Under the pieces are notes generated by a model. It saw only the letters and a program-made list of their open reading frames with translations, was not told the DNA's origin and made no database searches. This document shows, piece by piece, positions 10,008-20,000 of a DNA stretch of 64,000 nucleotides. How positions within the stretch are numbered: position 1 is the first letter of the stretch; each line of letters begins with the position of its first letter. The position numbers and the translations under genes were made by a program. The DNA lies in NCBI GenBank assembly GCA_900768795.1, contig CAAGEH010000005.1, positions 9,123 through 73,122 on the forward strand, in the 5' to 3' direction. The stretch is from an uncultured Collinsella sp. Its GTDB lineage: Bacteria > Actinomycetota > Coriobacteriia > Coriobacteriales > Coriobacteriaceae.

Positions 10008-12182
10008 ATGACGCAGCAGTTGTGCGTTTCCGCCGCGTCTCCGCGTTTCGATCATGCGGTCTCGCTCGCCGCCGATGTCTGCTGCCTCAAATACGTTTCC
10101 GGTGCTCGTGAGGAGGCCCTCCATAGACTTGGTATCAAGTCCGTGGAGGACCTCCTTCTGCATATCCCGTATCGATATCTCGATTTTTGCCATGTCTACA
10201 CCATCGAGGACGCGCCTGTTGGCGACGTCGTCACGGTCGTGGCAGAGGTCGATCGCGTCCAGAACAAGGCCCATACGCGGATTCCCGTCACCGAGGTCTC
10301 CCTTATCGATGAGACGGGCGTTATCAACGCTGTATTTTTCCGCCAACCCTGGATTTCTCGTCAGCTCGCTGTCGGCGACCGCCTCGCCCTTATCGGCAAA
10401 ATCGAGTTCTCGTATGGTTTCAAGCAGATGAAGTCCCCTCATTTCGAAAAGCTCGATTCCGGTCAGGTGGCGGGCAGTATCCAGCCGGTCCATTACGTTT
10501 CCTCGGGCATTTCCGTTGCATGGATGCGTCGCATCGTTTCCACCGCGTTCGAGCAGCTGCTTCCCGTTGCCGATCCGATTCCTGCCGAGCTGAGGGTGGT
10601 CCGCGGGCTCATGCCGCGTGGACAGGCGTATCGTGCGATGCATTTTCCCCATACGTTTGGCGAGCGCGACCTCGCTCGGCGTCGCCTCGCCTACGATGAG
10701 GCGCTCTATCTGCAGCTGGCGCTCAGGCTTCGCAACGACATGAATCTCCTTGGTGTGGCGCCCGTTGCCCATATCTCGGGTGAGCACACCCGTGCGCTTG
10801 CCTCGGCGCTTCCTTTCAAGCTCTCGGACGAGCAACAAGAGGCGGTCGACCAGATAACCGCCGATATGTGCTCGAGCGAGCGCATCATGAACCGCCTGCT
10901 CTTGGGCGATGTCGGTACGGGCAAGACCGCGGTGGCGTCGTTCGGTCTCGCCCTCGTTGCCGATACCGGTACGCAGGCATGCGTGATGGCGCCTACCGGT
11001 GTTCTGGCGCAGCAGTACACCGTCAAGGTCGGACCCCTTTTGAGCGCGTGCGGCATATCATGGGCATTGCTCACGGGGGCAACCCCTAAAAGCGAGCGCG
11101 CGGACATGCTTTCGCGCCTAGCGTCCGGAGAGCTCACCGTTCTTTTCGGCACGCAGGCGGTTATCCAGGACGATGTCGAGTTCCGTGCGCTTTCGCTCGT
11201 GGTGATCGACGAGCAGCATCGTTTCGGTGTCGGGCAGCGCAACGCGCTGAGGTCCAAGGGACCCGGTGCGGACCTCTTCGTTATGACCGCAACGCCGATT
11301 CCCCGCACCCTTGCCCTCACGGTGTACGGCGATCTCGATGTCAGCATTATCCGGCACCGCCCCGTCGAGGGAGCCGGTGTCTCGACGCGTGTCATCACCG
11401 ATAACAATCGCGACCTTGCCTACGGCGCCATCCGCGACGCACTTTCCCGCGGGGAACGCGCCTATGTCGTCTGCCCCCTTGTAGAGCCCACCGATTCGGT
11501 CGACGACCTTGAATCCGTCCCCGGTACCTTGCGCGAGGAGGACGGGTCCGTCCGCGTTCCCGTTCCGCTCCACAGCGTCGCCGAGGAAGCCGAGCGCCTC
11601 TCTCACGTTTTCCGAGACGCGCGTATCGGTATCCTTCACGGACGGTTGCCGTCTGTCGAGAAAGACAGCATCATCTCGGCTTTCAGAGCGGGCTCGATCG
11701 ACATCCTCGTCTCCACGACCGTGATCGAAGTCGGTGTCGATGTTCCCGCCGCCACCGTTATGGTTATCGAAAACGGCGAGCGCTTTGGCCTGGCGACCCT
11801 GCACCAGCTTCGCGGGCGTGTCGGTCGCGGCGGGGTACCGGGTACCTGCTTCGTTGTCACGCATGCGGCTAAATCGGGTGCGCGTTCCGCATCGCAGGAC
11901 CGTCTCGAGGCGCTTGAGAAAACCGATGATGGCTTTGAGCTCGCCGAGCTCGACCTTCGTCTTCGCCACGAGGGTGAAATCCTGGGTCTCAGGCAACACG
12001 GGGGCGTTTCGCTCAGGTTCGTCGATCTGGATGCCGATACGGATCTTATCGAGTGGGCCAACCGTGACGCGACCGAGCTTCTGCGGTATGCTCATGACCT
12101 TGTATCGGTTTGCACCCTGCCGTTGCGCCATGAGGTCATCAGGCGTTACGGGGATATTTTCAAGGAGGTCAGCGGAGGATGA
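10008..12182 (+). CDS. recG: ATP-dependent DNA helicase RecG
   Basis: GDVGTGKT, DEQHRFG, MTATPIPRT and QLRGRVGR motifs. Confidence 0.95.
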   Translation: MTQQLCVSAASPRFDHAVSLAADVCCLKYVSGAREEALHRLGIKSVEDLLLHIPYRYLDFCHVYTIEDAPVGDVVTVVAEVDRVQNKAHTRIPVTEVSLIDETGVINAVFFRQPWISRQLAVGDRLALIGKIEFSYGFKQMKSPHFEKLDSGQVAGSIQPVHYVSSGISVAWMRRIVSTAFEQLLPVADPIPAELRVVRGLMPRGQAYRAMHFPHTFGERDLARRRLAYDEALYLQLALRLRNDMNLLGVAPVAHISGEHTRALASALPFKLSDEQQEAVDQITADMCSSERIMNRLLLGDVGTGKTAVASFGLALVADTGTQACVMAPTGVLAQQYTVKVGPLLSACGISWALLTGATPKSERADMLSRLASGELTVLFGTQAVIQDDVEFRALSLVVIDEQHRFGVGQRNALRSKGPGADLFVMTATPIPRTLALTVYGDLDVSIIRHRPVEGAGVSTRVITDNNRDLAYGAIRDALSRGERAYVVCPLVEPTDSVDDLESVPGTLREEDGSVRVPVPLHSVAEEAERLSHVFRDARIGILHGRLPSVEKDSIISAFRAGSIDILVSTTVIEVGVDVPAATVMVIENGERFGLATLHQLRGRVGRGGVPGTCFVVTHAAKSGARSASQDRLEALEKTDDGFELAELDLRLRHEGEILGLRQHGGVSLRFVDLDADTDLIEWANRDATELLRYAHDLVSVCTLPLRHEVIRRYGDIFKEVSGG

Positions 12183-12754
12183 GGATCATCGGGGGCGAGT
12201 GGCGCGGCCGCAAGCTCGAGGAGCCGCGTGGGCGCGAGGTCACAAGGCCCACCACCGACCGCGTACGCGAGGCCATGGCCTCAATGGTCGGCTCCGCGCT
12301 CGAAAGCGGAATCGATGGTGCGCGCGTTCTCGATGCCTTCGGGGGTTCTGGAGCGCTTGGTATCGAGATGCTCTCACGCGGGGCGGGCCACCTTACCGTT
12401 TTCGATCTCGATAGGGGGGCGAGTGCGCTGATCAAGCGAAATCTCGCTACGGTCCGTTGCGACCCCTCCCGTTTCAAGGTTATCTCCGGTGACGTGCTCG
12501 CTTCCGCCGTGCGCGGCAGGATTCCCGGCGGACCGTTCGATCTCGTGCTCTTCGATCCGCCCTATGCGTTCGGCTCGGACCCGGTTGTCGACTGTATCGA
12601 AAACCTACGCGCCCATGGGCTTTTGAGCCGGGGCTCCGTCGTCCTCTTCGAGCACTCCTCCGACATCCATTGCGATACGCCCGATGGGTTTGACCTGCTC
12701 AAATCAAAGCGATACGGCATCACTTCGGTCGACCTGTTCACGCTCAAACGTTAG
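12179..12754 (+). CDS. rsmD: 16S rRNA m2G966 methyltransferase
   Basis: MRIIGG, RPTTDRVRE, LDAFGGSG and DPPY motifs. Confidence 0.93.
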   Translation: MRIIGGEWRGRKLEEPRGREVTRPTTDRVREAMASMVGSALESGIDGARVLDAFGGSGALGIEMLSRGAGHLTVFDLDRGASALIKRNLATVRCDPSRFKVISGDVLASAVRGRIPGGPFDLVLFDPPYAFGSDPVVDCIENLRAHGLLSRGSVVLFEHSSDIHCDTPDGFDLLKSKRYGITSVDLFTLKR

Positions 12755-12772
12755 AATCGCGAGGTATTACCC

Positions 12773-13294
12773 ATGCATCGCATCACCCATGTGCTCGTAC
12801 CGGGCACCTTCGACCCCATCACATACGGCCATATCGACGTCGTTCGCCGCGCTTGCCGCATGTGCCCCAAAGTCACCGTCGCCGTTGCCGCCTCTCTGGG
12901 AAAGAACGGCGTGGGTACGACGTTTTCGCTCGATGAGCGCGTCGCCCTCGCGCGCGAGGCGCTCGCCGACGAGGTCGGCGTGAACGTCGAGCCGTTTTCG
13001 GGACTCCTGGTCGATTTTGCTCGAGATATCGGCGCACAGGCGGTCGTTAAGGGCTTGCGTGCCATGACGGATTTCGAGTACGAGCTGCAGCAGGCCGATC
13101 TCAACTACCGGCTCGACGATTCCCTCGAGTCCATCTTCGTCATGAGCTCTCCCGAGTTCGGTTACCTCTCCAGCTCGGTCGTCCGTCAGATCGCATCGTT
13201 CGGCGGAGATGTTTCGGAGTTCGTTCCGCCCGCCGTTGCGCGCGCGCTCGCTCGCCGCTTTGACACCTCAACACAAGATGGTGTGGTAGACTAA
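12773..13294 (+). CDS. coaD: Pantetheine-phosphate adenylyltransferase
   Basis: PGTFDPITYGH, GLRAMTDFEYE and SSSVVR motifs. Confidence 0.95.
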   Translation: MHRITHVLVPGTFDPITYGHIDVVRRACRMCPKVTVAVAASLGKNGVGTTFSLDERVALAREALADEVGVNVEPFSGLLVDFARDIGAQAVVKGLRAMTDFEYELQQADLNYRLDDSLESIFVMSSPEFGYLSSSVVRQIASFGGDVSEFVPPAVARALARRFDTSTQDGVVD

Positions 13295-13327
13295 CCTGTT
13301 GAAATATGATTAATGGAAGGAGCCTGC

Positions 13328-13837
13328 ATGTCGGAAACGCAATATCCCGGTGACGGTGTTGTAGGCCTTGTTGAAGAGCTCGAGGACATCATCAGGGATG
13401 CTCGCACGCCTCTGGGCAGGGGCCCGCAGTTCAAGGTCATCGAGACCGAGCAGGTGCTCAATATCCTCGCCGAGATTCGTATGAATTTCCCCGATGAGTG
13501 GCAGCAGGCGCGCCGCATCGTCAAGGAGCGCGAGGAGATGCTCAAGGCAGCCGCCGCTCAGGCAGATTCGATCGTGTCCGATGCCCAGCAGCAGGCCATC
13601 ACCATCGCGAGCGAGCAGGAAATCGTCCGTTTGGCTCAGCAGCAGGCAGACGAGGTCCGCGAGAAGGCACAGCAGTACGAGCGCGAAACGCGCTATGCCG
13701 CCGAGGATTACGCCGAGCAGGTGTTCACGCACCTCGAGGAGAACCTCAAGAGTCTGACGGGCACCGTCGCCCGTTGCCGCCAGCAGCTCAACGATTCGGC
13801 TGCCGGCAACAACCAAAATCAGAACGGCGCATGGTAA
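13328..13837 (+). CDS. Coiled-coil DivIVA-like protein (SepIVA-like)
   Basis: E/Q/A-rich heptads; RBS GAAGGAG; conserved position between coaD and the DUF177 gene. Confidence 0.7.
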   Translation: MSETQYPGDGVVGLVEELEDIIRDARTPLGRGPQFKVIETEQVLNILAEIRMNFPDEWQQARRIVKEREEMLKAAAAQADSIVSDAQQQAITIASEQEIVRLAQQQADEVREKAQQYERETRYAAEDYAEQVFTHLEENLKSLTGTVARCRQQLNDSAAGNNQNQNGAW

Positions 13838-14391
13838 TGGACGGTATCCAGCCTGTTCTCATCGACCTTACGGGTAAGGTCGAGAACCCGGGTGACAGCT
13901 TTTCCGCCAAGGGTTCCGTTGAAGTCGCGTCCTATGAGGTGGGCGAGAAGGAGTATCGCCTGACGGCGCCCATCGAATACGACGTTGTGTTCACTAATGC
14001 CGGGACGGGGGTGCTCGTCACCGGTATGGTGCGCGCTACCGCCGAGGGGGAGTGCGATCGCTGCCTCGACATGACGACGATCGACCTTGCCGGCGAGATC
14101 GAGGAGTTCTACCTCTTCCACGAGCCCGAAGATTCCGAGGAATACGAGGACGGGTACGAGCTTCTGGGCGAGGACCGCGTCGTCGATCTTTCCGGACCGA
14201 TTATCGATGCCGTCGTGATGGATACGCCGTTCGTCGTGCTTTGCAGTCCCGACTGCCGCGGCCTTTGTCCCGTGTGCGGCTGCAATCTCAATCACGAGAC
14301 CTGCACGTGCGATAAAGACGCCGCCGATGATTTTGCCGAGAGCGCACAGAATCCGTTCGCCGCGCTCAAGAATCTCAAGCTGGACGACTAA
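13837..14391 (+). CDS. yceD: DUF177/YceD family protein
   Basis: ECDRCL and LCSPDCRGLCPVCGCNLN, C-terminal NPFAALK; upstream of rpmF; TAATG coupling. Confidence 0.9.
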   Translation: MDGIQPVLIDLTGKVENPGDSFSAKGSVEVASYEVGEKEYRLTAPIEYDVVFTNAGTGVLVTGMVRATAEGECDRCLDMTTIDLAGEIEEFYLFHEPEDSEEYEDGYELLGEDRVVDLSGPIIDAVVMDTPFVVLCSPDCRGLCPVCGCNLNHETCTCDKDAADDFAESAQNPFAALKNLKLDD

Positions 14392-14454
14392 TTGTCTGCA
14401 AAACATGTGGTCGAACGTATTGTGAGTATAAAAATTTATGATACGCAGGGTTTC

Positions 14455-14465
14455 TGTGGTAGTAT
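14455..14465 (+). promoter_or_regulatory. Possible extended -10 promoter for rpmF
   Basis: TGTGG-TAGTAT in an AT-rich intergenic region. Confidence 0.4.
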
Positions 14466-14515
14466 CGCTACTTGCGCGTAATTGCCACGTTTTTTAAGTA
14501 ATAAGAGAGGTCATC

Positions 14516-14695
14516 ATGCCAGTACCTAAACAAAAGCAGGGTCGCATCCGTACGCACCGTCGTCGTTCCGCCAACATGAAGATTTCGGCCGCTGCTAAGT
14601 CCACGTGCCCCCGTTGCGGCGCCGTGAAGCTTCCGCATCACGTCTGCTCCAACTGCGGTTACTACAAGGATCGCGAGGTCATCGTCACCGAGTAA
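14516..14695 (+). CDS. rpmF: 50S ribosomal protein L32 (zinc-ribbon form); not in the ORF track
   Basis: Manual translation MPVPKQKQGRIRTHRRRSANMKISAAAKSTCPRCGAVKLPHHVCSNCGYYKDREVIVTE; RBS GAGG. Confidence 0.96.
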   Translation: MPVPKQKQGRIRTHRRRSANMKISAAAKSTCPRCGAVKLPHHVCSNCGYYKDREVIVTE

Positions 14696-14741
14696 TCGGT
14701 GATGCTCGCCCTTGGGGCTTACTCCCATATGGGAATCACAT

Positions 14742-14768
14742 GGCCGGCGTTATCGTCGGCCTTTTTTG
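14742..14768 (+). terminator. Intrinsic terminator between rpmF and plsX
   Basis: GGCCGGCG-TTAT-CGTCGGCC followed by T7. Confidence 0.8.
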
Positions 14769-14787
14769 TAGCTAAAGGAGCTCAATC

Positions 14788-15807
14788 ATGAAACAGGTAC
14801 GCGTAGCCGTCGACGTCATGGGCGGCGACGAGAAACCCGAGGTCGTGCTTTCCGGTATCGAAGCGGCGCTTGAGGCCGATCCCGACCTGACCGTTCTCGC
14901 GGTCGGTCCGTCGGAGCTCGTGGAGCCGTTCTGCGCAAAGCGCGAGCGCGCCGTCGCCCTTGAGGCGCCGCAGTCGATTGAGATGGCGGACGACCCCATA
15001 AAGGCGATCATGACCAAGCGCAAGTCGTCTATCGTCGTCGCTTGCCGCGCCATCAAGAAGGGCGACGCCGACGGCTTTTTCTCCGCGGGCGCAACCGGCG
15101 CGGTGACTGCCGCAGCCACGGCATATGTCACGCCGTTCAAATACGCCGCCGACGGCGAGAAGCGTCCCGTGCGCCCTTGCATCACGAGCACGCTTCCCAA
15201 CAGGGCGGGCGGTCTCACGATTCTCTGCGACATGGGGGCAAACCCGGACGTCGAGCCCTCCGATATCGTTCGTTTCGCCCAGATGGGAGCGGCGTACGCA
15301 CGCGTCGTTTGCGGTATTCCGAACCCGCGCGTCGGATTGCTTTCGAACGGCACCGAGGATACCAAGGGCTCGCACTTTACGAAGGAATGTTTCCCGCTCA
15401 TGCGCGAGCAGGTCGAGGGCTTTGCGGGCAACTGCGAGGGCACCGACCTTACGTCGGGCAACTTCGATGTCGTTGTGACCGATGGTTTCGCCGGCAACGT
15501 CGCGCTCAAGGCGACTGAGGGCGCGGCAAAGCTGCTCATGTCCGAGCTCAAGAAATCCCTTATGTCCTCTTTTAAGACGAAAATCGCCGCGTTGCTGCTC
15601 AAAGACTCGCTCTCGGGTCTCAAGTCGAAGCTTTCGGGTGATGCCAAGGGCGGTGCCATTCTCTTGGGCCTGCGCGGTGTCGTTCTGATCGGGCACGGCG
15701 CCACGAGCGTCGAGGCGGTTAAGAACGGCACGCTTGCGACCGCCGAGGCGATTCGCGCCGACCTCGTCGACAACGTTGCAAAATCCATCGACAACATCGT
15801 GCTGTAG
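14788..15807 (+). CDS. plsX: Phosphate acyltransferase
   Basis: AVDVMGGD, DMGAN, DVVVTDGFAGN and GAILLGL motifs; RBS AAGGAG. Confidence 0.95.
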   Translation: MKQVRVAVDVMGGDEKPEVVLSGIEAALEADPDLTVLAVGPSELVEPFCAKRERAVALEAPQSIEMADDPIKAIMTKRKSSIVVACRAIKKGDADGFFSAGATGAVTAAATAYVTPFKYAADGEKRPVRPCITSTLPNRAGGLTILCDMGANPDVEPSDIVRFAQMGAAYARVVCGIPNPRVGLLSNGTEDTKGSHFTKECFPLMREQVEGFAGNCEGTDLTSGNFDVVVTDGFAGNVALKATEGAAKLLMSELKKSLMSSFKTKIAALLLKDSLSGLKSKLSGDAKGGAILLGLRGVVLIGHGATSVEAVKNGTLATAEAIRADLVDNVAKSIDNIVL

Positions 15808-16063
15808 TTGTTCTGCGCTTTCCTTTAGGGCTCTCGAACGCATACGCCGTGTCCTTTTAAGGGGATGCGGCGCTTTGCTTTGCCGGGCCTTGGGAAAACG
15901 ACCTGTTTTATTCGTGGCTCGTACATATGCGGCGGCAAAGGTTGTGCGTTTCGCCTGCCCCTTGCGGCTCGTGTCGCGCCAAGCTGCCGTTCTTCGTATT
16001 CGTGCCGCTCGCATGGGGTAAAATTAACAAAGTTTGTCTGCTGCTGAGGAGAGGAGTGCGCGC

Positions 16064-16306
16064 ATGGATCGCACTGAGATTTTTGATAAGGTCGCCGACA
16101 TCGCGAGCGACGTCATGGGTATCGACAAGGATAAGATCACGAACGAGACGACGTTCGATGACCTTGATGCCGATTCTCTCGATCGCTTGCAGCTCGTCAC
16201 CGCTATCGAGGACGAGTTCGACTTGGAGCTCGACGATGACAAGCTCCTTTCCCTGTCGTCCGTCGCCGATGCCGTCGACGCCATCGCCGAAGCCAAGGAG
16301 GCTTAA
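16064..16306 (+). CDS. acpP: Acyl carrier protein
   Basis: Acidic 80-aa protein with the LDADSLD phosphopantetheine site; RBS GAGGAG. Confidence 0.93.
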   Translation: MDRTEIFDKVADIASDVMGIDKDKITNETTFDDLDADSLDRLQLVTAIEDEFDLELDDDKLLSLSSVADAVDAIAEAKEA

Positions 16307-16312
16307 GCTCCG

Positions 16313-17038
16313 TTGGCTCTTTCCGATAAGCTCGCTCGTGCCGAGAAGATCCTCGGACATGAGTTTTCCGATAAAAGGCTGCTGAGAAGCGCGCTTACCC
16401 ATCCGTCTGCCGTGGAGGGGGAGCCCGTTTCCGCCTCATACGAGCGTCTTGAGTTTCTGGGTGACTCCATCCTGGGCATGATCGTGGCGCTCGCTCTGTT
16501 CGAATCCTATCCGGATTTCGATGAGGGCAAGTTGACGCGCCTCAAGGTATCGCTGGTCTCGGGCGCCACGCTTTCCGAGGTGTCTGCTGAGCTCGGCGTC
16601 GGGGACTGCATCATCTTCGGTGCCTCCGAGACGGGCACGGGCGCACGCGGCCTTCATTCCGCGCTCGAGAATGTGTACGAGTCCATGCTCGGGGCGCTTT
16701 ATCTCGATGCCGGGTACGATGCCGCGTGCGATTTCGTCTCGCGCACGCTCAAGCCCCATCTGGCGACGGAGCGCGCCGAGCATCCGAGCAACCCCAAGTC
16801 ATTTCTTCAGGAATGCGTGCAGGCGGATGGTCATGAGCCTCCGCAGTACAAGCTCGTCGGGTCCGACGGTCCCGCGCATGCGCCCACCTTCACTGCCGTC
16901 GTCCTGGTCGATGGCGTTCGCCAAGGCAGGGGTAGCGGCTCCTCAAAGAAGGAGGCGGAGGGCGCGGCTGCGCTCGCCGCGCTCGATGCGCTCGGATACA
17001 CCACCAACGGCGTGATTCTCAACAAGAAGCTCGGGTAA
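16313..17038 (+). CDS. rnc: Ribonuclease III
   Basis: ERLEFLGD signature and C-terminal dsRBD (SKKEAE). Confidence 0.96.
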   Translation: MALSDKLARAEKILGHEFSDKRLLRSALTHPSAVEGEPVSASYERLEFLGDSILGMIVALALFESYPDFDEGKLTRLKVSLVSGATLSEVSAELGVGDCIIFGASETGTGARGLHSALENVYESMLGALYLDAGYDAACDFVSRTLKPHLATERAEHPSNPKSFLQECVQADGHEPPQYKLVGSDGPAHAPTFTAVVLVDGVRQGRGSGSSKKEAEGAAALAALDALGYTTNGVILNKKLG

Positions 17039-17048
17039 GCGGGGCAAC

Positions 17049-20000
17049 GTGTATCTTAAATCGCTCACCCTCAAGGGGTTCAAATCGTTCGCCGACCGTG
17101 CGCATATGACGTTCGAACCGGGTCTGACCGTTATCGTCGGCCCCAACGGCTCGGGTAAATCGAATATCTCCGATGCCATCTTGTGGGTGCTTGGCGAGCA
17201 AAGCGCCAAGCAGCTGCGTGGTCAGGCGATGGAAGACGTCATATTCTCGGGGTCGAGCGCGCGCAAACCCGTGGGGATCGCCGAAGTCACGCTCGTGCTC
17301 GACAATTCCGACCACGTGCTTCCGGTCGATTTCGATGAGGTCGCCGTAACGCGTCGCATGTATCGCTCGGGCGAAAGCGAGTACCTCATCAACTCGAGCC
17401 CCTGCCGCCTGCTCGATATCCAGGACATCCTGCACGATTCCGGTCTCGGCAAGGACACGCATTCGATTATCAGCCAGGGAAAACTCGATGCGATTCTGCA
17501 GAGCCGTCCCGAGGAGCGCCGCGCTCTCATCGAGGAGGCTGCGGGCATCTCCAAGCACAAGCGCCGCAAGGAGCGTGCTCTCAAGAAGATCGCCAAGATG
17601 GACGAACACCTGCGTCGTGCTCGCGATATCGATAAGGAGATCTCACGTCAGCTTCGTCCGCTCGAGCGTCAGGTCGATCGCGCGCGCAAATACAAGGAGC
17701 TTTCTGCGCGCGCCAACGAACTTACGCAGATTCTCGCGGTGGATGAGCTGAGGCGCCTCCAAGAGCAGTGGAAGCGGCACGAGACCGCCTCGAAAGAGGC
17801 CGAGGCCACCTATGAGCTCGCAAAATATCGCTTGAACGAGAAAGAGCGTGAACTCGAAAAGCTTCAGGTCATGCTCGAGGAAAAAGGGCTGTTCGTCGGA
17901 GATTTGGGCGAGCAGCGCCGTCATATGCAGGACGTCGTCGGTCGCATCAACTCGGACATGCGCCTGCTCGAGGAGAAGGGCCGCAACATGGTTGCGCGCC
18001 TGTCCGACATGCGCGGGCAGCTTTCCGCTTCCGAGCATCAGCGAAATCGCGTTTCCTCCGACCTGGCCGAGGCGCGCGAGCAGTCGGATAACGCGCGCGC
18101 CGCTCTCGAGGTCGCCTCGAACGACGTCGCCTCGTTTGCGCCCGACGCGGAGAAGCTCCATGCCCATCGCGTGGAGCTCGATCAAAGCATTGCCGACTTC
18201 ACCCGTGAACAGCGAGTCCGTCAGCAGACGGCCGACAAGGCCTCTCTCGAGCTCGCTAAAGTCAACGATGCCCTTTCCAACGCGCGCGTCGAAGACGACA
18301 TGTACGCCAAGCGCCTCGAGCAGGTCGATGCTTCCATTGAGGAGGTGCGCTCCTCGCTCTCGAGCCGGCGCGACCGTGTCGACGACCTCGAGGCGCAGAT
18401 CGAGCGCGCCAGCGATGCCCGCACGCGCTCGCGTGAAGCCATCGAGAGCGCGCGGTCGGCGCTCGCTGAGTACCGCAAGCGCGAGTCCGATGCGCGCACC
18501 AAGCTTTCCGAGGTCACTTCAGAGCTCGCGAGCCTGACAAAGCTCGACAAGCGTCTGAGCGACTCCTCTCCGCTTGCCTCGCGCGTCGCCTCCTCGTGCG
18601 ACGATAGCGTCATCGGCCGCCTGGGCGACGTGATCGAGGTTCCTAAGGATCTTGAATCCCTTGTCGAGCAGTTGCTCTCCTCCGATATCGATGCGCTTTT
18701 GGTAAAAGATACCGATGCGCTCGGCCATGCCGGCACCGTCGCGCTCGAGCATGCCGATGCCACGGGTGAGGCCCTCATTCTCTCGCGTGATGTCGCCGCG
18801 CCTTCCGCGGACTCGCGTGCCGCGGGATATCGGCTGGTGGATCGCTGCCAGGTCAAAGAGGGTTTCGGTCCGGTCGTCGCTTCCATCCTCGGGTGCTATT
18901 ACGTCGTCGATTCCCTCGACGTTGCACTTTCTGCCCCCGTGCTTTCCGATGTCGTGTACGTCACCCCCGATGGCGCCCGCGTGCATGCGGGCGGCGTCTT
19001 GCGCGTCGGAACGAGCTCGGAGGATACGTCGGGCGCGCTTGAGCGCAAACGTCGCATTCGCGAGCTCGAGGGCGTCAAGCCCGACCTTTCTGCAGTTTTC
19101 GACCATGCGGTCGAGCAGGTCGCCGAGGCAAACAGGGCAGTTGAGGATGCCCGCGCTCTCGATGCAAAGGCGGCGGGAGATATCGCAGGTCTCGAGGGCG
19201 AGAAACGCTCGCTCCTTTCCGAGATCGGCAGGCTCGAGCAGACGCTCAACCGAAGCGATGCCGAACGCGAGCGCATCGCTCGACGCAGGGAGGAGGCTGC
19301 TGCTTCGGTTAACGAGGCGCGTCCCAAGGTCGATGAGCTGTCGCGCCGTCGCGATGAGGCGCGCGCCAAGGTCGGGGAGCTTCAGAGCAGTATCGCCGAG
19401 GCCTCTGATGAACTCGACCGCATCCGTACCGAAGACGCCGAGGCACAGGGAAAGCTTGCGGACGCCAAGGTCCGTCGCGCTCAAGCCACTGAGCGCCTCC
19501 GCTCGCTCGAAGGGCGCGTTCCCGAACTCGAACATCGCCTTGAAAACCTCGATCGCCGCATCCGCGGTGCCCAGCAGGCATCGCGCTCGCTCGAGGTCCT
19601 TCGCCTCCGCGTCGACCCGCTGCACGATCGCTATTCCGCGCTGCTCGACCGCGCCATGGATTGGGCGAGCCGTCTGCGCGACCAGGCGTCTATCGAGGAG
19701 GCGGATTCCGCCTCGCTCAAAAAGACCATCGGGGATGCCAAGCAGCAAGTCGCCCAGGCAAAGGACGAGGTCGAGCGTGCATCCTCCGGCGTCAACGACG
19801 CAAAGGTAACGCGCGGCAAGCTCGAGGTCCAGGTCGAGTCCGCTATCAAGGCCATCACCGCCGACGGCACCACCGTTCTCGAGGAGGCGCTCGCCCTGCC
19901 TGCGCCGGAGGACCGCGATGCGGCAGAGCGCGAGCTCAACCAACTCGTTCGTCAGATCAACAACCTCGGCCCCGTCAACCAGGTCGCCATGGAGGAGTAC

